Shown here: piece after piece, positions 1-9,954 of the stretch
Layout: each line of letters opens with the position of its first letter
How positions within the stretch are numbered: position 1 is the first letter of the stretch
Source: Zygnema circumcarinatum SAG 698-1b
Lineage: Eukaryota > Plantae > Zygnematophyceae
Length of the DNA: 64,000 bases
NCBI GenBank assembly: GCA_037447605.1
Contig: CM074805.1
Location: 4,001,361 to 4,065,360 of the forward strand
Direction of reading: 5' to 3'
Notes under the pieces: generated by a model
Told to the model about the DNA's origin: nothing
Seen by the model: the letters and a program-made list of their open reading frames with translations, nothing else
The model's database searches: none
Translations under genes and position numbers: made by a program

Positions 1-329
1 ATGAGCCAAAAGCAGAACAGAGCTGATGAGAGAGAGCGAAAGCGACAAACGATTCTCCGCCGGCCAGCGAATGAAGGCGGATGCGGTACGGATGAGGCGG
101 CGGTTACATGGGATATGTTTGCCGTTGCGTGCAGGAACGACGATTACCGTAACTATGTCAAAGAAACGGTTCTTTTCTGGGCCCTTCAGCCAGTCATGGT
201 GCGCCACGTGACGAGCGCACAACGGTGTTGAAAGCGACCAGGTAGAAAAGGGAAGGTGCCAGCGGCACCCGTAAGGATTATGGATTTTGTGCATACGTGG
301 CGATCTGTGATTTGATGAGGTTATAGTTA

Positions 330-960
330 ATAGCTTACCGTACGGCTGGATCGCGCCCATGACCGCCGCGTCCAGTAAAGATACCGTACGGCCGAGATAC
401 CGTACGGAGGGACCTCGTTTAATCCGGTGGCGATTCGTACGGCACGGAAGTGGTGAGCAGCAGTTTTAAGCTCCGTGTGAACAGCCATTCGAGGGAAGTG
501 TGAACGCATTTGCGATGGATGACGACACCGTTGACATACCTACCGTTGACTGGCTTCTGCCTACGTGACGAATATATCCGTCGCAATTTTCTTCTGTCTT
601 GCGGACGTGGCATGACGTGGACGGGCGATGCCCAATGGGAAGCCTCTGCGCAAGGTCCGCTCCAAACGGAAACTTTCTGCGCCCACCACGTCGGATGATG
701 ACTGGACCTCGGCACGGCCGTACGGATACTTCTCATATTCATTGACCCGTGCAGAATATGTGCGTACGTGGCAACCACGTGGCGATTTTTATGCCGTTGC
801 CGGCGGCGGTTCCGGCGTAGGTCCGCGCGTGACGTGACGCCGCACGGCGGCCGGAGAAGCGCGATGGGCGGTCCCCACACGTGCGAAGGCGCCAGGCGGG
901 GGGACTAATTTTAGGGTTTTTTCGCTATGGCGGGAAGAGGCGGCGTATAAAGGGAGCGGC
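330..960 (+). promoter_or_regulatory. GC/CpG-rich upstream island of the PDV-like gene with 4 CCGTACGG palindromes, ACGT boxes, a telo-box and a TATA box
   Basis: CCGTACGG at 338, 384, 400 and 718; TAGGGTTT at 912-919; TATAAA at 946-951, about 140 bp before the ATG at 1093. Confidence 0.55.
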
Positions 961-1092
961 TTCAGAGAGCTGGCCGTTTGCTGGGGCTGGTGCTGGGCGA
1001 GAGGGAGGGAGAGCAGGAGGGAGAGGAGGAGAGTGAACGAAAGGAAGGGTTTCTGCTCGCGAGGGAAGGGGAGGAGGCAGTGGGAGGCTTCC

Positions 1093-3934
1093 ATGACGGA
1101 GGAGAAAGTTGCAATCGGCTCTGTGATAGCGCGGGCCTCAACTATTCTGCTCAGTTTGAACGATGCGATCGAGCGGGCTTTGAAGAATGAGCTCTCGAAT
1201 AAGAGTTCCCTTCGGAGGAGGTGCAAGCCGCATCTTCCCGTGTAGATCTCGTGATGTTGTCCAGGTCCTGTCGTGAGTCGGAGGAATGCACAAGCACAAG
1301 CAGGGAATGGATTTGAGGTAGCATTGGTAGGATTAGTTGTCGATTAGTCGTCTGGGGTACCGTGGAGATTGAGGTGGATGATCTTCTGAAGTTACTGGCT
1401 AAATGTGTTGGACTTAAACGACGCTTTTTTCAACCTTTTGCATGGAAGGTGTTGCTACTTGATTGGCTTGTGTAATCTAATCTTTTCTGCTCGACATGTT
1501 ACGTGGGTGGATCAGGCAGTCTTTAGTTCATGAAGGGAGCGTTCTCCAAGGGATATATTCTGGCGGTGTTTCAATAGATCTTATGTGAAATTTGCGTTAA
1601 GTAACGTCCTTTTTTTTAGTGTCGTTAAACTTTCTTTAAATCATCGTACACAACTGACACATTCTTCGCATTGATTGCAGCCACGGTGCGCCTCTTGAAC
1701 AGACGAGCATTATGGCTTCCCCGAGGTAAGCAAATGACAGCACTCTTTGTTCATCGTTGGCGGTTGCATACAACTGTTTGATATCAAAATTTGTTTTAGT
1801 ACGAAATGTATCCTAAGCCTTTTCATCCTTAAAACGCTCGCTCCTCACTGTCGAACTTCAACTCAGAGAATTTTATACGAAGCATTTTGACGACCCCACT
1901 TACTTCGCTGTGTTGAGGGGCACTCTCTGATGCGTGTCTCAAGGGAGCTTCTGATAAGAAAGTTAATTCATAATCCTCCGAATCGCAGTTAGTTCTGGTC
2001 TGCGGTCCATAATCTCATTTGACCTTGCCTAATCTAAAATATAAGGGAGGCATCCTCAAGAAGCATGTGCCACTGCTTATTTGAAACTGGAACTAGGCAT
2101 GTGCGAGCATTTTTCCAGTTTTCCGTTTTTTAATAGGTTTGGCTGGAAAGTTGGGCAGTCTGCTCATCTCTTATGTAGGATATCACTCTAATGCGACTTC
2201 GTTGCTCTTTCGGAGAATGCAGTGAGCCTAGGTCTGAGTACAGATTCGTGCCGACTGGAGAGGGGTATCCTCCTGCAGCACGGCCTGCGTATGCGGAGGG
2301 AGGGGTGTCAGGAAGGGTTCTGGAGGACTACTCCTTCTCATCAGGAATGGGTGCCAGAGACATGCCAAGGGGAGAAAGCAAGGGCGAGGCGCTAATGCTG
2401 AGGAAAATCAGGGATGCGCTTCTTGAACTGGAAGAGCAGCTTTACAGAGTGCAGGTGAGCCGAGTGTGGCAACTGATGGGTATTGTCTATACACAAAGGA
2501 TGCGCGGTGACTTGAGTCAAGCTGTAAAACGCAACCTGTGTTCATCTGTGGAGCAGGAGCTAGCAGAGCATCAGCGGGAGGAGAGGGCAGCTGCCAGCCA
2601 TGAGGTGGATTGCAAGCGTGAGGAGCTTCTGCAGTTGCTTCAACAGCACAAAGGTCAAGAATGGCAGGTAAACGGTGCAACCAAATTACAACTTTAAAAC
2701 TATAAACCTAGATGCTCCGACGGTTTGATGTGGTTTTTGTAAAAGGCATAACATTGGATGAATGTTTGGTCTGTGGAAGAAGGTATTTGGGAGAAACTTA
2801 GAGTCGTAACGCAGACACACTTAGCTAGAAGAACGCACATTGCTTTCTACGAACATTTGTTCTCCGGTGTCTGTGCCTTTCTTGCAGGTGGTCCTTGAAG
2901 TGTTGAAGTTTGCAGGTGGGGACGATAGCCAAGAATTTGGTGCGTCAGATTTGATGCCTATTGGCAGCAGCTCAGTTTTTTTTGAGAGAAGCATGCTGCA
3001 ATCGTGGAGTGGCGAAGCCACCGAGAGTGACGCTGGATTAGGGTCAGTAGAGAATCCGCATGACGACCTCTCCTCCCGTCCTGCCAGAGCAGATGGAAGC
3101 CGAGTTTCCCCTCGGAAGCCTGCAGATAGTGGGGGGCAATCGCTGAGACTTTCCTTCCAAGGAGCAGATACACGTTCCTTTGAAGACTGGGATGACGTCG
3201 AGAGTGTAGGACGACAGAGTGATTGCCGGAGCAGAGATGTGAACTCCGGGTCACAGCTGGTGGTTCGAGAAAGGGGGCACGAAATGGGTAGTCACGACGA
3301 GGCATCCGGGCAGAGTGAGGTTGAAGAACTCTCTGCGGGAACTGGGCATAGCGGGAATGAAATGCAAGAAGATATCGTGGACGAAGGTGACTTGGAAGGT
3401 GAAACGGATTTAGGTGCTGTGGTGATGAGCCTACCAGGGAAGGCTCTAGGGCTGCTGGGAGATGCTGCTGGGCATGTGGCCTCATTCTCTGTGAAAGTGG
3501 CTGTGGTGACTCTGGGCGTGGCGGCCGTTTTCTCTGTTGGAGATAAGCTCATGCGTGCTGAAAAAGTGAGAATAAGGAGTGTAGGGCCGGAATCTCGAAT
3601 GTTTGCTCCTTTCTCGCAGAGCGGTTCCACCCCTAAAGCAATCTTGAGCCCTGGGAGAAGAGTTCCGGTTCATACCACTCCTTCCAAGACTCCCGAGAAG
3701 AGACCTGCACCTGTGGGCAATGTTGTGGCGAACAAGTCAAGCCCACCGCCTATCCATAGCCATAATCATAGCCATAGCCATAGCCATAGCCATAGTCTCC
3801 CCTCAGAAGAGGCAGGCTCTCGCGTGTTCCGAGAAGGCGAATTCCCGCAGTGTACCATTCGCGAGCGTATCGAGCGGAAGGTTCAGCAGCAGAGTGGAAC
3901 AAGAAGAAAGGCGGTCTATCTTGCACGTGGCTGA
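1093..3934 (+). CDS. PDV: Plastid division protein PDV-like (outer envelope), 5 exons: 1093-1220, 1681-1725, 2223-2454, 2557-2667, 2888-3934
   Basis: GT-AG junctions stay in frame. N-terminus IGSVIARASTILLSLNDAI, then LRKIRDALLELEEQL and EHQREERAAASHEVDCKREELLQLLQQHKGQEWQVVLEVLKFAG match PDV coiled-coil blocks from recall. One hydrophobic TM (ASFSVKVAVVTLGVAAVFSVG), CTIRERIE, and a terminal Gly (YLARG*). Confidence 0.8.
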
Positions 3935-4935
3935 TGTCAAGTTCTAGTAATGCTTAACGGTCTCTTACAGACCGTGCTGGGCCTTTTGTAGGAGGAGCGT
4001 ATGGTGACTGAACGATATGCAGATGTAGGGGGAGGGAGGTGATGTGGTTGGCACTGTTGGCTTTATGTAGTTTGTGCATAGCGATAACTGCGAGGTTTGG
4101 TCTGTCTGTATTTAGGGTTGGTAGCCAGTGGTCAGTCACGAGCTGTTTGGGAGGCTGGTAGGCATCGTCATGAAAAGCGGTGGGGCCTTCTGTCGCTAAA
4201 TGTTAGATCTGTTGCTCAAGTCTGTAATGTTATATGTTAGGCCCGTGATGTTATGCCAGGTCGTTCGTGTTATGTTAGGTGCATTTCAGGAGAGCATTCG
4301 CCATCATTAGGGCACCAACTGTCTTCCTTTGCTTCAGTCTCGATCTCTGAAATACTTTTGCAGTGAGAACAGTAAAAAACATATGCAAGAAGATTATGGT
4401 GTCTTCGGCAGTGTGGAATCCGCCGGAACGCCGCTTTGAACATGTTGTGGCTTTGCACAGAGCTGTGAAACAAAAATCTTCCAACATTTCTTGGGGGCTT
4501 CTGGCAATCATGGCGTATTGATTGGAGGCGTTCTCTTTTTTTTTTTTTTTTTTTTTTAGCTCAACGTCATCCCGTTGACAAGTGGGCAAAAACGAACAGA
4601 GATTTCAGAGGAAAAAGATAGGAATGTAAGACATGCTCGGTTCTTGAGGGGCAAGAGAACGTGATCATGTCAAGCTTGGAACCTAACTAGAATTCAAAAG
4701 CTGAACGCCAACTGACCTAAGTAAAAAACTGGCCGACTGGTACTCTCTCTGTTATTTTCAGTGTGACAACACGAGCTCACATGTGACGCCTGTGCGTGAC
4801 TGCTGAATTGACTAGGTTCGCATATGTCCTTGGCGAAGAGAGTACTGCTCCTTCAAGAAATAGACCAACTAGATACAACTCCAAATGAGGAGAGTTGGGC
4901 CAACCTACAGTGGTTAATCGCATTAACATCTAAAG

Positions 4936-5042
4936 CCGCTCTTAGCTTCTTTCTTTTGTGCTTAGGTCCTTTGCGACCAGTCCCTCGTGGTTCCCCTTGC
5001 TGCTTTTGTTCATGTATGTTTTGATGGCCTCGCCATCGTGAG
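4936..5042 (+). repeat. Dispersed repeat family copy 1 (related to 43542-43795 and 60432-60566)
   Basis: Shares CTTTTG(T/C)(G/C)CTT(A/G)GGTCCT(T/G)TGCG(A/C)CCAG, CGTGGTT(C/T)CCC and a downstream TGGC block with the other two copies. Confidence 0.8.
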
Positions 5043-5114
5043 TTCAACGCCATTTTCCTGTCTAAAGCGACTACGGTGTGTGATGGACGACAATGGTCGT
5101 ACTTGACCACATAA

Positions 5115-5243
5115 GGGGTGTTGGACTTAATATCGTTCTTAAGTTTGAACCAGAACAAGTACTCCGCTGACATCGTGGTTTTGCTGCGGCGGAGTACTTC
5201 CGAAAACTTCTTGTTCGTAAGATCTCGTTAAGTCTGACACCCC
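5115..5243. mobile_element. 129-bp Tourist/PIF-Harbinger-like MITE
   Basis: Imperfect TIR GGGGTGTTGGACTTAA versus TTAAGTCTGACACCCC; TAA on both flanks (5112-5114, 5244-5246); internal 11-bp inverted repeat AAGTACTCCGC/GCGGAGTACTT. Confidence 0.7.
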
Positions 5244-5702
5244 CTAATAGTTAGCAACGGAGAATGGCCTCAATGGTCAGGCTCCCAGAATCCCCAGAGT
5301 AGCCGCCGATCAATTGGGTCACACCCTTGAAGTGGGCTACCATACAACTTGTAGATCACGTCGTCTCAGGTCGAGGTTTTGGCTCTACGGAGAGCCTCCG
5401 CCCCCTTCCAGCACCCACAAGATAACGGCATACACCACCCTCTCTCCACCCCAACTGTCACTTCAGAGGACAGAGGCAACAAGGAACAAGGACAAGGAAA
5501 CTCTTTGGAACGTTGCTTCTATTACATCATGAAAACACTGAACAGAAGATTGCTACTTTTCAACGAGCGACTCTCTACCGTTGACGGAGAGGTCTTCGCC
5601 GTTTGCTTTTGCACATATTGCACAGCTTTGCCATATTTCGACCTGTATCGTGGTGCTTTTCTGGCAGAATAATACCTATACACCTGCACTCACATACGGT
5701 AC

Positions 5703-8700
5703 TCAGTTCGATTTTCCGTTGGGGCTTTCCCATGACTCGTCATTTCGGGGGACAATGATGCCATAGCCTCCGTGTGTTCTCTTGTAAAGGATGTTGATTT
5801 CTCCTGCAAATGAGACATGTGCAGGCGGCCGGACAAGTCAATGAGCCATGAACCAACCACGGTACCATTACTTGTAAAATGACAATGAACATTTCCCTTA
5901 GCAAAGTAAAAAATGTAAAAGAAGTTCACGTACCTAACACCTAAAGTACTGACTTCAGCAGTAATCCCCTCAAAACTACCCGATACAATTGGACCTCTAC
6001 AGTTCTGAGAAACAGCCTTACCGGAAGTCTCATTTCTGAAGGCGTAGAACTGATGCCCAAGATTGACGAGTTGCTCCACAGCCTCCTCAGCGCGCATCGG
6101 CTTCATTTCAAAGTACTTTGTTCTCACCACCTGCCGTCAAAGATCTCCAGTTTTTAGGATGTGCTCGATCCTCTCCCTCTCCCTCTCCCTCTCCCTCTCC
6201 CTCCATTCCCGATCCGCAAAACGATAAATCTCATGTGCAATTGACTCTCAAAGGCAGAACATGGACGTAAACTTGGCCCATTCACGTGAGACATCATTTG
6301 GAAGCTCCACTACTTGACTGCATTATGCAGAACTCACAGTCGTTTCCAAACTAGCAATAAAGGAATATTTGAGGATTGACATTATTTCAAACTATGTCCA
6401 ATCTTCCACCAAGAAACTACCACTATTCTGCTCTACGGAGGTCAAGTTAAGACCCCTGAAAATTGTTAAACCCCTCGAAAACTGCATCCAAGACGTCCAA
6501 CTCACCTCCGCTGGAATGTCATCCTCAGGCTCTCTATTCAAGATCGGAGTGATAGGGTCAGGCTCGCTCCCTATAAGCTCTCCCAACTTGGGCTTTCCGC
6601 GCATCTGCCAAGATCGCCCGTGACCGCCGTCCTTCTCCTTGATCTTCCGCAACTTGCGAGAAACAATGTCGGAGACCTCGTCAATTGCAGCGTACATTGT
6701 CTCATCCTCTTCTTCAGCTCGCAACACTCCATGCTTCTTGGTGAAGATGGTCACCTGTTACCCGAGTCCCCCGCACCACACAAGGACAGAAACCGTAATC
6801 GTTTGAAAAGTTCAAAAGATAAGAAAGACAAGGGAGGAGTTGAAGGGGGGGCAGATTTCATTATGGAGGAGTTTTCTTACCCAGAAAGGACTTACAATAT
6901 TTTAAAAGTACAACGAGGGCATTCACATTTTCATGACGTGGAGAGCCTACCAGTTTAGGACATGCAATATTAAGAAGTCTTAAATAGTGACATATTAACA
7001 CGAAAGCACAAATACAATGTTCACCATTACAAATTGGACGCCGAAAAAAAAGAAATTCCCAGTCAAAGAAACAAACAGAGGGAGGACCCAAGCAACAGCT
7101 CTTAGCTACCACTTTTTGTTAAGACAGTTCCAAAAGGCGACAGGAGCCATTATGAGCAATAGAAATTCTCCCAATCACCAGGACCGTGAGTCTTCTTTTC
7201 AATTCCCACTTTGCTAATCGTTTGAACTCTGCATAATGTTATGAATTTGCAAAAACCACCTCGCCAATCTCCTCGCAGCTAGCTAATTCAAAAAAAAAAG
7301 CGGAAAAAATAATCCAAAGCGCACAGTGCGTTTTGGGAGAACTTGAGGAGAGACTACAGGCTAGAAGCGTAAGAAAGAAACAGGAGCATATCCTCACCTC
7401 ACATCGTTGCAATTTCGGGCCCTTCCCTAAGTCCCCTCCTCGAACAGAGAGGCGCACATCGACCTCCCTAACCAGCGCCCCGTGGTTCTGCACCGCATGA
7501 CCGACCTTCTCCTCCACATATGACCTTATGGAGTCCGTAACCTGCAAAAAACAATAATGCTTCCCATCAGATGGATAAAGACTTCCAAACAAGGCAGTAA
7601 TTACCCTCCCTTTCGAGAACTTTAATCAGCAGACAAATGGATGACTTTACGCTCCTATATTACTATGAAAAACATGAAAAAAATAACTATGTATCAAGGT
7701 TTATTGAATTATCAGGTTAAATAGTTGTAGCATAGAGCATAAAATTCAGCCAAAACTAAGCTCTGTATAATGTAATGGACGACATACGACCTTAAGAAGC
7801 GACACATGATTCTGTTATATCAAATCTCCCCGTGGGAAAGTACTCCTAGAACTTGATTCAAGTTCTATCAGCTATACTTCCACAGAAATCGCCGTCAAGA
7901 TTTTGTCATATCGCAACAAAGCAATCACAACAGCCTGAAATTATCCCAAATTACTGACTCCCTGACTCAGCCTCAACTTGTACCAATCAATTCAGTGGGG
8001 AACAATCTCAGCCAATCACTCCATACATGGCAAAGCAAGAAAAGACGTTCGAACTGTGCAGGCTGATAATAAAGTGAGCGGCCATGAGCATACACAGTAA
8101 ACGAATTCGCTATATCTCACTCAAACAAGCCATCAAATTTTTTCGCTTGCGATATAAACCTGCAAATTCGATGCCGCAACTGGCAGATGAAAAGACTCTA
8201 CAAGGTTAAGAAACGCGAAACTTGGCAAAGACAGAAAAAATACAAAAAAATAAATAAATAAATAAATAAATAAAGGCCAAATTCTCTGTATACAAACCAA
8301 TTCCAAGAGCAGAATGAGCTGCATTTTGACCTTACCCCTCCATAGGTCACTCAGTTTTCTCAGAAAATCAAGTCCACATTGTTCTCCCTCCTCAGCATTC
8401 ACATTGTCTCGCCTCACCTCCATGTGCTTCCCCTGAATTATCAGTCGAACTGCAGCAAGTGTGCCGCCCCACGCCATAGAAGTCACTGTCCCTCTCCTCT
8501 GTTCAGCAGCGCCATTGCGCGCATCTCCAACATACAAACCGATAGCAACATTGCTTCGATCAGACGGCGCACTTGCAATTCGCAGCTTTCCGAAGACAGA
8601 ACAATAGGCGCCTCTCGTGAAGGCGCTTCCAAGACTGATACCCTCCTTGCGAGAATGGTTCTGCGTGCACGCAGAAGCTGCAGAGCTCAACTGGCTCCGC

Positions 8701-8750
8701 AGAGAAGTCTGCAAAGCCCGGGGAGTATGCAGCAGTCGAGCACTCGCCAT
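5703..8750 (-). CDS. PSRP1: Plastid-specific ribosomal protein 1 / ribosome hibernation factor (HPF family), 5 exons: 8750-8418, 7541-7398, 6754-6506, 6130-6022, 5803-5703
   Basis: Transit-peptide-like N-terminus, then [11 protein letters not shown]|[17 protein letters not shown]...[48 protein letters not shown] and [18 protein letters not shown]. Confidence 0.93.
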
Positions 8751-8949
8751 TGCTGCTCCGAATCTCCTGCAGCCTCGGGCGCTACCCGTCCTCCTTAAGC
8801 ACTTCCTACGGCCCGCTCCCGCCCTGCAGCACGAGAGAGGCTTTGTCTGGGCTCAACTGCCAACTTCTGAGAGCGCTGGGACGGAGGGAGGGAGGCACGG
8901 AGGGACGAGGGAGGGAGGCCAGCACGGAGGGGAGAAAAAGTGACTCAAC

Positions 8950-9560
8950 ATTGCAATTTCTTTCTTTTGAATGGAAACGGTCAGGGCGAGAGCGGAAAGG
9001 TAAAAACGTTTTGTAGAAAATATCGACAACGGACGGCTCAGACTATCCCATGTCAAGATCGGATGGACATTATTGAAATGAAAAGTTTTGACAAACATTG
9101 TTTTTTCGCTGACCGAGAATATTGAAATGAAAAGTTTTGGCCAGATTATTTTTGCCTGGACAGTCGGATGGGCTGACGTGGCGGCGACGCGAAGATTCAC
9201 GCTGGATTCAAGCTGGCCACGCTGGCGTCGCAGATCCGGTCGTCGTAATCGTCGCAGAGGTGGTCGTTGCACGCGTCGCAGCCAAAGGGAGGCCAGGGAG
9301 GGGCGGGTGAGTCGCCGCCGTGGCGGCGACACGTGGGCGCGTCCCGCGGGACAGCTCGTGTTCGTACGGAAGACGGTTGGAAGGCGCGGGCTTGGGGGCG
9401 GCGCTACATGTGGGAAAGACTGTTCTGTTCGGCGTTCGGCCAGTCAGAGGGCTGGCGTTTCTGAGCACGTGACGAGGGTAACTGACGTGGCACGCCATGA
9501 GTGCTGACAGGTGCCACGTGGAACTGATAAAGATCTCGCGTCGTGTGTGAATGTCGAATA
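8950..9560. promoter_or_regulatory. Divergent promoter region between PSRP1 and CCB2
   Basis: Head-to-head genes; CACGTG boxes near 9330 and 9515 with GATAA next to the second; 20-bp direct repeat TATTGAAATGAAAAGTTTTG at 9071 and 9120; CpG-rich. Confidence 0.55.
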
Positions 9561-9630
9561 TTTTCCGTCGTTGTCTTAATCGTGTGTTCACACAGAACCT
9601 CTTCTTTGGTTCGAGTTCTGGTCAGTCGGC

Positions 9631-9832
9631 GTTAGCATTTAGGGTCAAGGTAAGGCTGAGATTAAAGTTAGTGTTAAAGTTAAGGTTAGGGTTAGGGTTA
9701 AGGTTAAGGTTACCAAGGTAGGGGTCAGGGTTCAGGTTAGGCTTAGGGTGAAGGTTAGGGTTAGGGTTAGGGTGAGGGTTCGGGTTAGGGTTAGGGTTAG
9801 GGCTAGGGTGAGGGTTAGGTTTAGGGTTAGGG
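9631..9832 (+). repeat. Interstitial degenerate (TTAGGG)n telomere-like array, about 33 hexamers
   Basis: Directly visible GGTTAGGGTTAGGG runs with variants TGAGGG, TCAGGG, TTAAGG, CTAGGG. Confidence 0.9.
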
Positions 9833-9954
9833 CTTTTTCAATGGAGGGTTGGCCTTATGGAGCTTATTCATGTGAATAAGTACACACCTGAGAGGGCAGG
9901 GCTTTGACTGATTTCTGGAAGGAAGCCCATCGTAGAAGCAATTGAGGTGAGGAC

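Noticed and set aside
1-880. Several overlapping 60-150 aa ORFs at the window start
   Set aside because: No recognisable motifs; explained by stop-poor GC-rich regulatory DNA.
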